Assembly: GCA_029547705.1 (NCBI GenBank)
Contig: JAKPOU010000020.1
Location: 26,351 to 90,350, forward strand
From: Bacteroidota bacterium
GTDB taxonomy: Bacteria; Bacteroidota; Bacteroidia; Bacteroidales; VadinHA17
Length of the DNA: 64,000 bases
Direction of reading: 5' to 3'
This document shows positions 1 through 8,385 of the stretch, piece after piece. Within the stretch, counting starts at the first letter, position 1. Each line of letters starts with the position of its first letter. The notes beneath the pieces are model-generated. The model was not told the origin of the DNA and did no database searches. It worked only from the letters and a program-made list of their open reading frames with translations. The translations under genes were made by a program, and so were the position numbers.

Positions 1-179
1 TTTTCCTGCTCCCGGTAAGGGATCCGGGATTTTCACCGGTACCAATCCGGAACTTTCACCTCTCCGCAATTAAAATATTCCGCAAATTTAGAGAAATTAT
101 TAACTCCCTGTCCGGTCCGGTTTTGATTCCTCCTTCCAATATCATAGCTTTATCCATCGTTTATCAAATAAAACCCGCC

Positions 180-1454
180 ATGAGAATCTTTTCCGCTTTG
201 TCCCTGGTTTTCATTTCCCTTACAATGACTGCCCAGCATAGCTTTAACAGTTATTTCACCGATAAAGTTCTCCGCTTTGATTACATGCTTGCCGGTAATC
301 ATGAAAAAACGCTTGTTTATCCTGTTGGCATGAAGGAGGAGCCTTTCTACGGAGGATCAAAAACACAGCTAACCGATCCCTTCGGATACGGCAATTTCAG
401 ATATGAGCTCTTTGATCCGGAAACAGGCAGGATCATCTATTCCCGGGGATTCTGCACCCTCTTTCAGGAATGGCAGACCACCGCGGAAGCAAAAGTAATG
501 GAACGAAGCTTCTATGAAGTGGCTACCATGCCATTTCCCAGGAACAAATCAGGGTTCGTGCTGAGCCGCCGTATTGAAGATGGCTCATTTTCAAAAATCT
601 ACGAAACACTGATAGATCCGGATGATTATTTTATCAGAAAGGAAAAACCTGCCGGTGTGGAGGCAACTAAAATCATTTATTCGGGGGATCCTGCCGTGAA
701 TGTCGATCTGGCCTTCATCGCGGAAGGCTATACAGCCGCTGAAATGCCGAAATTCAGGGAGGATGTGAAACGAATAAGCGGTATCCTTCTTTCGGAAGCA
801 CCTTTTAATGAATACAGGGATAAATTCAATATCTGGGCCGTGGAGGCAGTTTCAGCAGAATCGGGTACTGATATACCCGGTGAAGGAATCTATGTTTCCA
901 CCATACTGAACTCAAGTTTTTACACCTTTGACCTTGACCGTTACCTGACTACCCTGGACATAAAGACCGTGAATGATCTTGCCGCCGTTGTGCCGCACGA
1001 CAATATAATCATACTCATCAACAGCGACAGGTACGGCGGTGGCGGAGTCTATAACTACTACAGCTGTACAACCACGGATAACCCCTTGTCAGATCACGTG
1101 TTCATCCATGAACTGGGACATGGATTTGCAGGACTGGCTGATGAATACTATTCCTCAACAGTTTCCTATGAAAATTTCTATGCCTTTGATGTGGAACCCT
1201 GGGAGCCCAATATAACAACGCTGGTGGATTTCGGCAGCAAATGGAAGAATATGATTGCAGGGGGCACTCCGGTGCCGACCCCGGCAAATGCCGGATACAG
1301 GGGCAAGGTTGGTGTTTTTGAGGGTGCCGGCTATTCAGCCAGGGGAATCTATCGCCCCCAGATGGAATGCACAATGAAAAGCAGTACTCCTTCAGGCTTT
1401 TGTGCTGTCTGCCGAAAAGCCGTAAGGGAAATGATAGAGTTTTATATTAAATAA
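180..1454 (+). CDS. M64 family (IgA peptidase-like) zinc metallopeptidase, exported
   Basis: HELGHGFAGLADEY zinc motif; AFIAEGYT and C-terminal CTMKS...FCAVC typical of M64; signal peptide follows ATG at 180 (ORF-track start 123 is probably too early). Confidence 0.88.
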   Translation: MRIFSALSLVFISLTMTAQHSFNSYFTDKVLRFDYMLAGNHEKTLVYPVGMKEEPFYGGSKTQLTDPFGYGNFRYELFDPETGRIIYSRGFCTLFQEWQTTAEAKVMERSFYEVATMPFPRNKSGFVLSRRIEDGSFSKIYETLIDPDDYFIRKEKPAGVEATKIIYSGDPAVNVDLAFIAEGYTAAEMPKFREDVKRISGILLSEAPFNEYRDKFNIWAVEAVSAESGTDIPGEGIYVSTILNSSFYTFDLDRYLTTLDIKTVNDLAAVVPHDNIIILINSDRYGGGGVYNYYSCTTTDNPLSDHVFIHELGHGFAGLADEYYSSTVSYENFYAFDVEPWEPNITTLVDFGSKWKNMIAGGTPVPTPANAGYRGKVGVFEGAGYSARGIYRPQMECTMKSSTPSGFCAVCRKAVREMIEFYIK

Positions 1455-1455
1455 A

Positions 1456-2442
1456 TCATTTCAGGCTGTTGAAGAGCTGCTTTGCCGTTTCAACGGGAAT
1501 CTCCTTCTTTCCCAGCCAGGCAGCAACCTTAGCTTCGCGGTAACCGTTCCTGACCAGAAGATCAGCATAATCCACGGCACTCTGATAGGTAATGAAATTC
1601 CCTATAAGATAGACAATCATGCCGTCAGGAAGGGTTTCAACATCAAGTCCGCGTGATCCGGAAAGCTTCTTCATTTCATCATATACCCCCTCTCCCACGG
1701 GCTTCATGCTGCGTATCACCTCAACCCTGAAAGACAATGTGGGAGGAACTGTATCCGCCTCTATGTCCTTCACCACAGCTTCATCCGGAGTGAAGGGAAT
1801 AACGCCCCACTCCTTCTCAAGAATCCTTGCCCTTTCCATTGTAACGGGCCTGCCTCCGGAAAAGGGTACAAGAAAAGCATCCCTGAAACCCTTCTCTCTT
1901 ACCTGCACGAGTGCAGCCCTTGCATCATCCGCCTTGCGGAACATACCTGCATAATAGGTTGTCATTCCGGTTCCGGGATTCCTTATGCCATATACCGGGG
2001 CAAGACCCTTGAAATATTCAGTGGTTACCGGATTACGGAAAACAGCCACCTGTATCCTGTATATGAGACCCGGCGGATGAACCGGATTTATTTCAATCTT
2101 CTCCGCCTTGTCGTGAAGCACCGGTGCATCCGTCCTGAACAAGGCAAGGACACCCGACAGCGACTGCTGACTGACAGCTTTTGCAACATGGTTGTGAACA
2201 GCAATTTCCTGTCCGCTGCCGAAGAGACCACCGCTTTCACCGCCTGCAGGGAATCCTGCATACTGAAGATCACTGAACAATGAATCTCCTTTCCGGAAAG
2301 AACCGGGATTAACCTGCGCGTCTGAATTCCGGACCAGGGTAAACGAAAGAAATACCAGGGCTGTCAGAAAAATAAAAAGTGACGCTGATTTCCTTCCGGA
2401 ACAGCCCTCAGCTAATCTCCATTGTTCTTTATCCGGTTTCAC
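1456..2442 (-). CDS. SPOR-domain-containing envelope protein (two SPOR-like repeats)
   Basis: YRIQVAVFRN...YYAGMF...ARAALVQVREKGFRDAFLV and a second FRVEV...YLIGNF...GYREAKV unit; N-terminal hydrophobic segment; start uncertain (GTG). Confidence 0.65.
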   Translation of the reverse strand: MKPDKEQWRLAEGCSGRKSASLFIFLTALVFLSFTLVRNSDAQVNPGSFRKGDSLFSDLQYAGFPAGGESGGLFGSGQEIAVHNHVAKAVSQQSLSGVLALFRTDAPVLHDKAEKIEINPVHPPGLIYRIQVAVFRNPVTTEYFKGLAPVYGIRNPGTGMTTYYAGMFRKADDARAALVQVREKGFRDAFLVPFSGGRPVTMERARILEKEWGVIPFTPDEAVVKDIEADTVPPTLSFRVEVIRSMKPVGEGVYDEMKKLSGSRGLDVETLPDGMIVYLIGNFITYQSAVDYADLLVRNGYREAKVAAWLGKKEIPVETAKQLFNSLK

Positions 2443-2583
2443 AATATATTAATTTTCATTTATTTACAGATTTCCGGCCGGGATCTGTTCTGTTATTGCA
2501 ATTAATAACAAAATATCAGCTTCCCTATAGGAATACGATTCAAACTTCGTAAATTTACCCGTAATAACAAAATTACCAAACCC

Positions 2584-3045
2584 ATGGGTGAATTAAAAGA
2601 AGGAATGAAAGCACCTTCATTTGAAGGAAGAGATCAGGATGGCAATATCGTCAGACTTTCAGATTTTAAGGGCAGGAAGCTGGTGCTGTATTTTTATCCG
2701 AAGGATAATACTCCGGGATGTACTGCACAGGCATGCAATCTGAGGGACAACTATGACAGTCTCCTGAATGAGGGATTTGCCGTTGTCGGAATAAGCAAGG
2801 ACAGTGAAGCTTCCCATAAAAAATTCGCGGGAAAATATTCCCTCCCATTCCCGCTCATTGCAGACACATCAAAAAAGATACATGAGGATTACGGAGTGTG
2901 GAAACAAAAGAGCCTTTACGGCAAAACCTTTTTCGGAACAGCAAGAACCACATTCATAATTGACGAAGAGGGGACAATTGAAAAAATAATTTCCAGAGTC
3001 AACACCAGGGAACACTCCGGACAAATTTTAAAAACATTAAAGTAA
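2584..3045 (+). CDS. bcp: Thioredoxin-dependent thiol peroxidase (BCP/PrxQ)
   Basis: [17 protein letters not shown] peroxiredoxin-Q motif; RTTFIID. Confidence 0.95.
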   Translation: MGELKEGMKAPSFEGRDQDGNIVRLSDFKGRKLVLYFYPKDNTPGCTAQACNLRDNYDSLLNEGFAVVGISKDSEASHKKFAGKYSLPFPLIADTSKKIHEDYGVWKQKSLYGKTFFGTARTTFIIDEEGTIEKIISRVNTREHSGQILKTLK

Positions 3046-3056
3046 CAATCAGCAAT

Positions 3057-4067
3057 ATGAATAACACAAGAAAAGAAATTGACAAGGAAAAGCTTAAAGC
3101 CCTGGAGGTAACAATAGGCAAGATTGAGAAGGATTTCGGCAAGGGTACGATAATGAAGCTTGGCGATCAGGCCATTGAAAATATCCAGGTCATCCCGACC
3201 GGATCAATAGGTCTCGATGCAGCTCTCGGTATCGGGGGACTGCCGCGCGGACGGGTTATAGAAATCTATGGTCCGGAAGCTTCCGGAAAAACCACCCTGG
3301 CAATACATGCAATCGCCGAAGCACAGAAAAACGGGGGAATTGCAGCAATCATCGACGCGGAACATACCTTCGACAGAAACTATGCGGAAAAACTCGGGGT
3401 GGATGTCGAAAACCTCCTTATCTCACAACCGGATAACGGGGAACAGGCCCTCGAAATAACCGATAATCTTATACGCTCCGGGGCCCTCGATATAGTTGTG
3501 ATTGACTCGGTCGCAGCCCTGACCCCCAAAGCCGAAATCGAAGGCGAAATGGGAGATTCAAAAATGGGCCTCCAGGCCAGACTGATGTCACAGGCCCTGA
3601 GAAAACTTACAGCCAATATAAGTAAAACCAACACCTCCTGCATCTTCATCAACCAGCTCAGGGAAAAAATCGGGATCATGTTCGGGAACCCCGAAACCAC
3701 AACAGGAGGAAATGCACTTAAGTTCTATTCCTCAGTGAGACTCGACATAAGAAAGACAAGCCAGCTGAAGGACGGTGAGGAAATAATCGGCAGCAGGACA
3801 AGAGTCAAGATTGTCAAGAATAAACTTGCGCCGCCATTCAAGAAAGCCGATTTTGATATTCTGTACGGCGAGGGAATATCGCAGCTTGGCGAAATCATTG
3901 ACCTCGGAACAGACTTTAACATTATCAGAAAAAGCGGGTCGTGGTACAGCTATAATGAAACCAGGATAGGCCAGGGAAGAGAGGCAGTGAAGCAGATCCT
4001 CAGGGATAATCCGGAACTGTATGATGAACTTAAAACAAAGGTTACTGAAGCACTTAAAAATCAATAA
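3057..4067 (+). CDS. recA: Recombinase A
   Basis: GPEASGKTT Walker [18 protein letters not shown]; no intein. Confidence 0.99.
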   Translation: MNNTRKEIDKEKLKALEVTIGKIEKDFGKGTIMKLGDQAIENIQVIPTGSIGLDAALGIGGLPRGRVIEIYGPEASGKTTLAIHAIAEAQKNGGIAAIIDAEHTFDRNYAEKLGVDVENLLISQPDNGEQALEITDNLIRSGALDIVVIDSVAALTPKAEIEGEMGDSKMGLQARLMSQALRKLTANISKTNTSCIFINQLREKIGIMFGNPETTTGGNALKFYSSVRLDIRKTSQLKDGEEIIGSRTRVKIVKNKLAPPFKKADFDILYGEGISQLGEIIDLGTDFNIIRKSGSWYSYNETRIGQGREAVKQILRDNPELYDELKTKVTEALKNQ

Positions 4068-4084
4068 TTTAAAATATCATTCCG

Positions 4085-6145
4085 ATGAATAAATATCTTT
4101 TGCCCGCAGTTCTTGCGGCTGTACTTGCTATTGCTTCATGCAGGGACAAAACCGGGGAAGGAAGGGATAACGGCAGTATCCGCTTCTCTAACGAACTGAC
4201 CAGGGAGGAAAAATCTGCAGGGAAAATGACTCCGGAAATACTCTGGAAATTCGGCCGCCTGGGATCTTTCGACCTTTCACCCGACGGAAAGGAAATACTG
4301 TATACCGTAACGGATATTGATGTAAAAACTGAAGCAAGGAGGACAAACATTTTCAGAATGCCTTCATCCGGAGGCGATCCCGTCCTGGTCAGCGAAGGAG
4401 GAAGTTCACCCAGGTGGTTCGACAACGGCCGTTCAATAGCCTTTGTTAAGAACGGCCGGCTGATGGCAATGAAAGCTGACGGATCGGAAATGACGGAAGT
4501 GGAAGGCCTGGATAATTTTGAAAGCTACAGCATTTCTCCTGCCGGAGACAGGATTCTCTTTACCAGAAGGGTGAAACTCGACAGGACGGCAAATGAAAAA
4601 TATAACCTCCCAAAAGCAAGGGTGAGGATAATCGACGACCTGATGTACCGGCACTGGAACTACTGGAGCGATTATTCCTACAGTCATATTTTCGTGGCTT
4701 CATTCAACGGAAAGAGAGTATCGGGGGAAAAGGATATAATGGAAGGGCAGAGATATGAGTCTCCCACCGCACCATTCTTTGACGACAGTGAAATAGCCTG
4801 GAGCCCCGACGGCAGATATATTGCCTATACCTCAAAAAGAATGACCGGAAGAGATTATGCCCGCAGCACGAATACCGACATTTTCCTATATGATATTTCA
4901 TCGGGAAAGGAAATAAACATCTCGGAAAAAAATCACGGCTACGACAAATACCCGGTGTTCTCGCCCGACGGTTCCAAAATCGCATTCCAGAGTATGGAAA
5001 GGGATGGATATGAATCAGATCTGGAACGTCTGTTCATCTATGACATCAGTTCGGGAAAAGCCGTCAGGCTTAACAGATCATGGGATTATGACGTGGAAAA
5101 TATTAACTGGGCCGGCAATTCCTCCCTGTATTTCACATGCGCCTACCATGGAACGATACAGATATTCAGGACAGATACCGGCGGCGGGGAGGTTGTCAGA
5201 GTGACAGAAGGCGTACATGACCTTGGACCGGTAATGCTGAGATCGGGAATTCTTGTCTCCGGACTGCAGTCAATGTCCATGGCTCCGGAACTGGCGGCTG
5301 TCGATCTTTCAACCGGATCGGTGAAACAAATAAGTTTCATCAACAAAAACATTTACGATGCGGTTAAAATGGGAAGGACGGAGGAAAAACACATAAGAAC
5401 CAAAGACAATGAGGATATGCATATGTGGGTAATCTATCCGCCCGATTTTGACCCCTCACGGAAATATCCTGCATTGCTTTTCTGCAAGGGCGGCCCCCAG
5501 GGTCCGCTGAGCCAGAGCTGGTCATACCGCTGGAACTACCAGCTGATGGCAGCAAGGGGATATATCGTCATTGCCCCCAACAGGCGGGGCAGCTCAGGCT
5601 TCGGACAAAAATGGAAGGAACAGATCTCAGGGGACTACGGCGGGAAAAATATCCAGGACTATCTTGATGCCACCGATGCAATGGCAAGGGAACCCTATGT
5701 CGACAAAAACCGGATTGGTGCCGTGGGTGCCAGCTACGGAGGCACTTCCGTCTTCTACCTTGCAGGAATGCACGGGGGAAGATTCAACGCCTTCATTTCA
5801 CACTGCGGCATGTATAATTTCGTCAGCTGGTACGGATCAACCGAAGAACTGTGGTTTGCCGACAAGGATATAGAAGGTCCCTACTGGAACCTGCCTAAAA
5901 GCTACCAGTATTCCCCGCATCTGATGGCAGCAAACTGGGATACGCCCATCCTGATAATTGTCGGTGCAAACGATTACAGGATTCCGTATACACAAAGCCT
6001 GGAAGCCTTCACTGCAGCCCAGCTGAATAACGTGCCCTCAAGGCTGCTGTTCTTCGAAGACGAAGGACACTGGATACTCAGACCCCAGAATGCCATGATC
6101 TGGCAGAATGAATTCTTCAGCTGGCTGGATACTTACCTTCAGTAA
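4085..6145 (+). CDS. S9 family serine peptidase (DPP5-like), lipoprotein
   Basis: Lipobox LAIASC; SPDG/PD40 propeller repeats; GASYGG nucleophile, DYRI Asp, DEGHW His. Confidence 0.9.
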   Translation: MNKYLLPAVLAAVLAIASCRDKTGEGRDNGSIRFSNELTREEKSAGKMTPEILWKFGRLGSFDLSPDGKEILYTVTDIDVKTEARRTNIFRMPSSGGDPVLVSEGGSSPRWFDNGRSIAFVKNGRLMAMKADGSEMTEVEGLDNFESYSISPAGDRILFTRRVKLDRTANEKYNLPKARVRIIDDLMYRHWNYWSDYSYSHIFVASFNGKRVSGEKDIMEGQRYESPTAPFFDDSEIAWSPDGRYIAYTSKRMTGRDYARSTNTDIFLYDISSGKEINISEKNHGYDKYPVFSPDGSKIAFQSMERDGYESDLERLFIYDISSGKAVRLNRSWDYDVENINWAGNSSLYFTCAYHGTIQIFRTDTGGGEVVRVTEGVHDLGPVMLRSGILVSGLQSMSMAPELAAVDLSTGSVKQISFINKNIYDAVKMGRTEEKHIRTKDNEDMHMWVIYPPDFDPSRKYPALLFCKGGPQGPLSQSWSYRWNYQLMAARGYIVIAPNRRGSSGFGQKWKEQISGDYGGKNIQDYLDATDAMAREPYVDKNRIGAVGASYGGTSVFYLAGMHGGRFNAFISHCGMYNFVSWYGSTEELWFADKDIEGPYWNLPKSYQYSPHLMAANWDTPILIIVGANDYRIPYTQSLEAFTAAQLNNVPSRLLFFEDEGHWILRPQNAMIWQNEFFSWLDTYLQ

Positions 6146-6155
6146 AAGGACTGTA

Positions 6156-7085
6156 TTAACCCTTCAGCAAACGCAGTATCTCCGCGGCTCTTTCATCCGC
6201 CGGCAGTTCTCCGTCAATCCAGTGGATGATAGTCCCCCTGCGTTCCATGCCCCGGAACCAGGTCATCTGCCTCTTTGCAAACTGATGAATTGCAGTCTCC
6301 AGCTTCCTGAACATGGTCTCATAGTCAATATCCCCACTCAGGTATAAAGTAATGTACTTGTATTCAAGTCCGTAATAAATAAGGTCCTCCTCATCAATAC
6401 CCCCGGCCAGGAGATCCCTTACCTCATCTATCATACCCGATTCGAGACGCTGCCGGAGCCTGGCCGTTATCCTTCTCCTACGGCTTTCCCTGTCGGTGGA
6501 AATGGCTGCAATAAGGTATTTCAGGCGGGGGAAGGACAGCTCATTAAAAGCAGCAGCCTCCCGGTACGTCTCTATCTCTATTGCCCTTACAGCACGCTTC
6601 CTGGTATCGATGTCGGTAATATTGTGCAGCCGTTTGTATGATGACAGGATTCTGACAAGGTCAGCCATCGGTTTCTTTACAAGTTCAGCCCTGAGAGCGG
6701 GATCGGGAGGCACTTCAGGCAGACTGTAGGACGAAACGATGCTGTCGATATACATTCCCGAACCTCCGCATAACACCGGGAATACATTTCTGCTCTTCAG
6801 ATCATTGTAAACCCTCAGGAAATCCTTCCGGTATTCAAATAAATTGTACTTCGACCCTGCCTCAGCTATGTCGATGAGATGAAACGGGATGCGCTTCCCC
6901 CCCACAATATAGTCATCATAGTCCTTGCCCGTTCCCAGATCCATTCCCCGGTAAACCTGCCTCGAATCGGCACTGATGATTTCCCCGCCCAGGCGGTCCG
7001 CCACAAGGGCGGCAGTTGCAGTTTTCCCCGATGCAGTCGGTCCGGTGATGATCAAAATATCATATTCCGCATTTCCATCCGGCAT
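6156..7085 (-). CDS. miaA: tRNA dimethylallyltransferase
   Basis: GPTASGKT, ISADSRQVY, GGSGMY, FAKRQMTWFR. Confidence 0.96.
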   Translation of the reverse strand: MPDGNAEYDILIITGPTASGKTATAALVADRLGGEIISADSRQVYRGMDLGTGKDYDDYIVGGKRIPFHLIDIAEAGSKYNLFEYRKDFLRVYNDLKSRNVFPVLCGGSGMYIDSIVSSYSLPEVPPDPALRAELVKKPMADLVRILSSYKRLHNITDIDTRKRAVRAIEIETYREAAAFNELSFPRLKYLIAAISTDRESRRRRITARLRQRLESGMIDEVRDLLAGGIDEEDLIYYGLEYKYITLYLSGDIDYETMFRKLETAIHQFAKRQMTWFRGMERRGTIIHWIDGELPADERAAEILRLLKG

Positions 7086-7133
7086 TGGGAAAAAGAGATT
7101 TTTTTTGGAACAGGCAATTTACTAAAAAAAGAG

Positions 7134-7141
7134 TATTTTTG
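7134..7141 (+). promoter_or_regulatory. Bacteroidota -7 promoter box of smpB
   Basis: TATTTTTG matches TAnnTTTG, about 20 nt before ATG 7163. Confidence 0.6.
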
Positions 7142-7162
7142 AACCTCCCAGGAATCAGAAAG

Positions 7163-7621
7163 ATGAAAAGGCAGTCAGGAAATATTGTGATCAAAAACAG
7201 AAAAGCTTCCCATGATTATGAGTTTCTTGAGAAATTCACGGCAGGAATGGTCCTTACGGGAACGGAAATAAAATCAATAAGACTGGGAAAGGCCGCACTG
7301 GTGGATTCATATTGCTTTTTCAGCAACAGCGAATTGTTCATCAGGGGAATGCATATAGCCGAATATTACTGGGGAAATCTGAATAACCACGATCCCGTGA
7401 GGGACAGAAAACTGCTGCTGACAAAAAGGGAACTCAGAAGGATTGAAAGAAAGGTAAAGGAATCCGGCCTTACCATTATAGCAACAAAAGTGTTTATTAC
7501 AGGAAAAGGACTTGCCAAGGCCGAAATTGCCATTGCCAGGGGAAAGAAGGAATATGACAAGAGGGAGACCATCAAACGCAGAGACAGCGAAAGGGAACTG
7601 GACAGGATGATGAAAAAATAA
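7163..7621 (+). CDS. smpB: SsrA-binding protein
   Basis: NRKASHDY, GTEIKSIR, RKLLL, GKKEYDKRE; ATG at 7163. Confidence 0.97.
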   Translation: MKRQSGNIVIKNRKASHDYEFLEKFTAGMVLTGTEIKSIRLGKAALVDSYCFFSNSELFIRGMHIAEYYWGNLNNHDPVRDRKLLLTKRELRRIERKVKESGLTIIATKVFITGKGLAKAEIAIARGKKEYDKRETIKRRDSERELDRMMKK

Positions 7622-7630
7622 TCCCGGCTA

Positions 7631-8350
7631 TCAGAAGTTGGGGCTCAGCAGGTATCTTGAATAGAATTTCGAAATGGTGTCAACCGCCTCGTCAGCAGTA
7701 TCCACAACAGTGAACAGACTGAGATCCTCGGGGAAAATATTGCTTTCCTCCTGAAGCATTACGTTTTCTATCCAGTCAACCAGCCCCTTCCAGTATTTTG
7801 CCCCTACCAGAATAATCGGAAACTTGCCTATCTTGCGAGTCTGGATAAGTGTCAGGGCTTCGAAAAGCTCATCAAAGGTGCCAAAGCCTCCCGGAAGGAC
7901 TATAAATCCCTGGGCATACTTCATGAACATCACCTTCCGCACAAAAAAATGATCAAAGGTGATCAGCTTGTCAGCATCAATATAGGCATTCGGTTTTTGT
8001 TCAAACGGAAGATCTATGTTTATCCCTACCGATTTCCCGTTTCCGCGTTTTGCTCCCTTGTTTGCGGCTTCCATTATTCCCGGACCTCCTCCGGTGATCA
8101 CGCCGTAACCGTTCTGTGTGAGCTTGAATGCAATCTCCTCGGCCATCCGGTAGTATTTGTCATTGTGATGAGTTCTTGCGGATCCGAAGATGGAAACACA
8201 GGGCCCGATCCTTGCCAGCTTTTCAAATCCTTCTACCAGCTCTGAAATTATTTTGAATACCCTCCACGAATCAGTAGTGTGAATCTCGTTCCATGTCTTC
8301 TCCGTAAAAGCATCCCTGATCAGATCAGCCGGTTTATCGTTTTTTCCCAT
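7631..8350 (-). CDS. LOG family (TIGR00730) nucleotide phosphoribohydrolase
   Basis: SIFGSAR, TGGGPGIME, PGGFGTFDE. Confidence 0.92.
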   Translation of the reverse strand: MGKNDKPADLIRDAFTEKTWNEIHTTDSWRVFKIISELVEGFEKLARIGPCVSIFGSARTHHNDKYYRMAEEIAFKLTQNGYGVITGGGPGIMEAANKGAKRGNGKSVGINIDLPFEQKPNAYIDADKLITFDHFFVRKVMFMKYAQGFIVLPGGFGTFDELFEALTLIQTRKIGKFPIILVGAKYWKGLVDWIENVMLQEESNIFPEDLSLFTVVDTADEAVDTISKFYSRYLLSPNF

Positions 8351-8371
8351 ACTATTCTATTTAAAGGATTC

Positions 8372-8379
8372 CAAATATA
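8372..8379 (-). promoter_or_regulatory. -7 promoter box of LOG gene
   Basis: TATATTTG on minus strand about 20 nt before start. Confidence 0.6.
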
Positions 8380-8385
8380 TAAAAA

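Noticed and set aside
66-77. 12-mer GCAATTAAAATA shared with 18403-18414, both upstream of Zn-peptidase-family genes
   Set aside because: AT-rich, not palindromic and only two copies; at 18403 it fits a promoter spacer, so chance is likely.
3057-4067. Inteins or introns in recA (also checked dnaB and uvrA)
   Set aside because: Normal lengths and continuous motifs.
7085-7162. N-terminal extensions in the ORF track for smpB and others (uvrA, tgt, TlpA, GT2, mqnE, T9SS protein, oxidoreductase)
   Set aside because: Extensions run through promoter boxes, terminators or neighbouring genes; downstream ATGs fit better.
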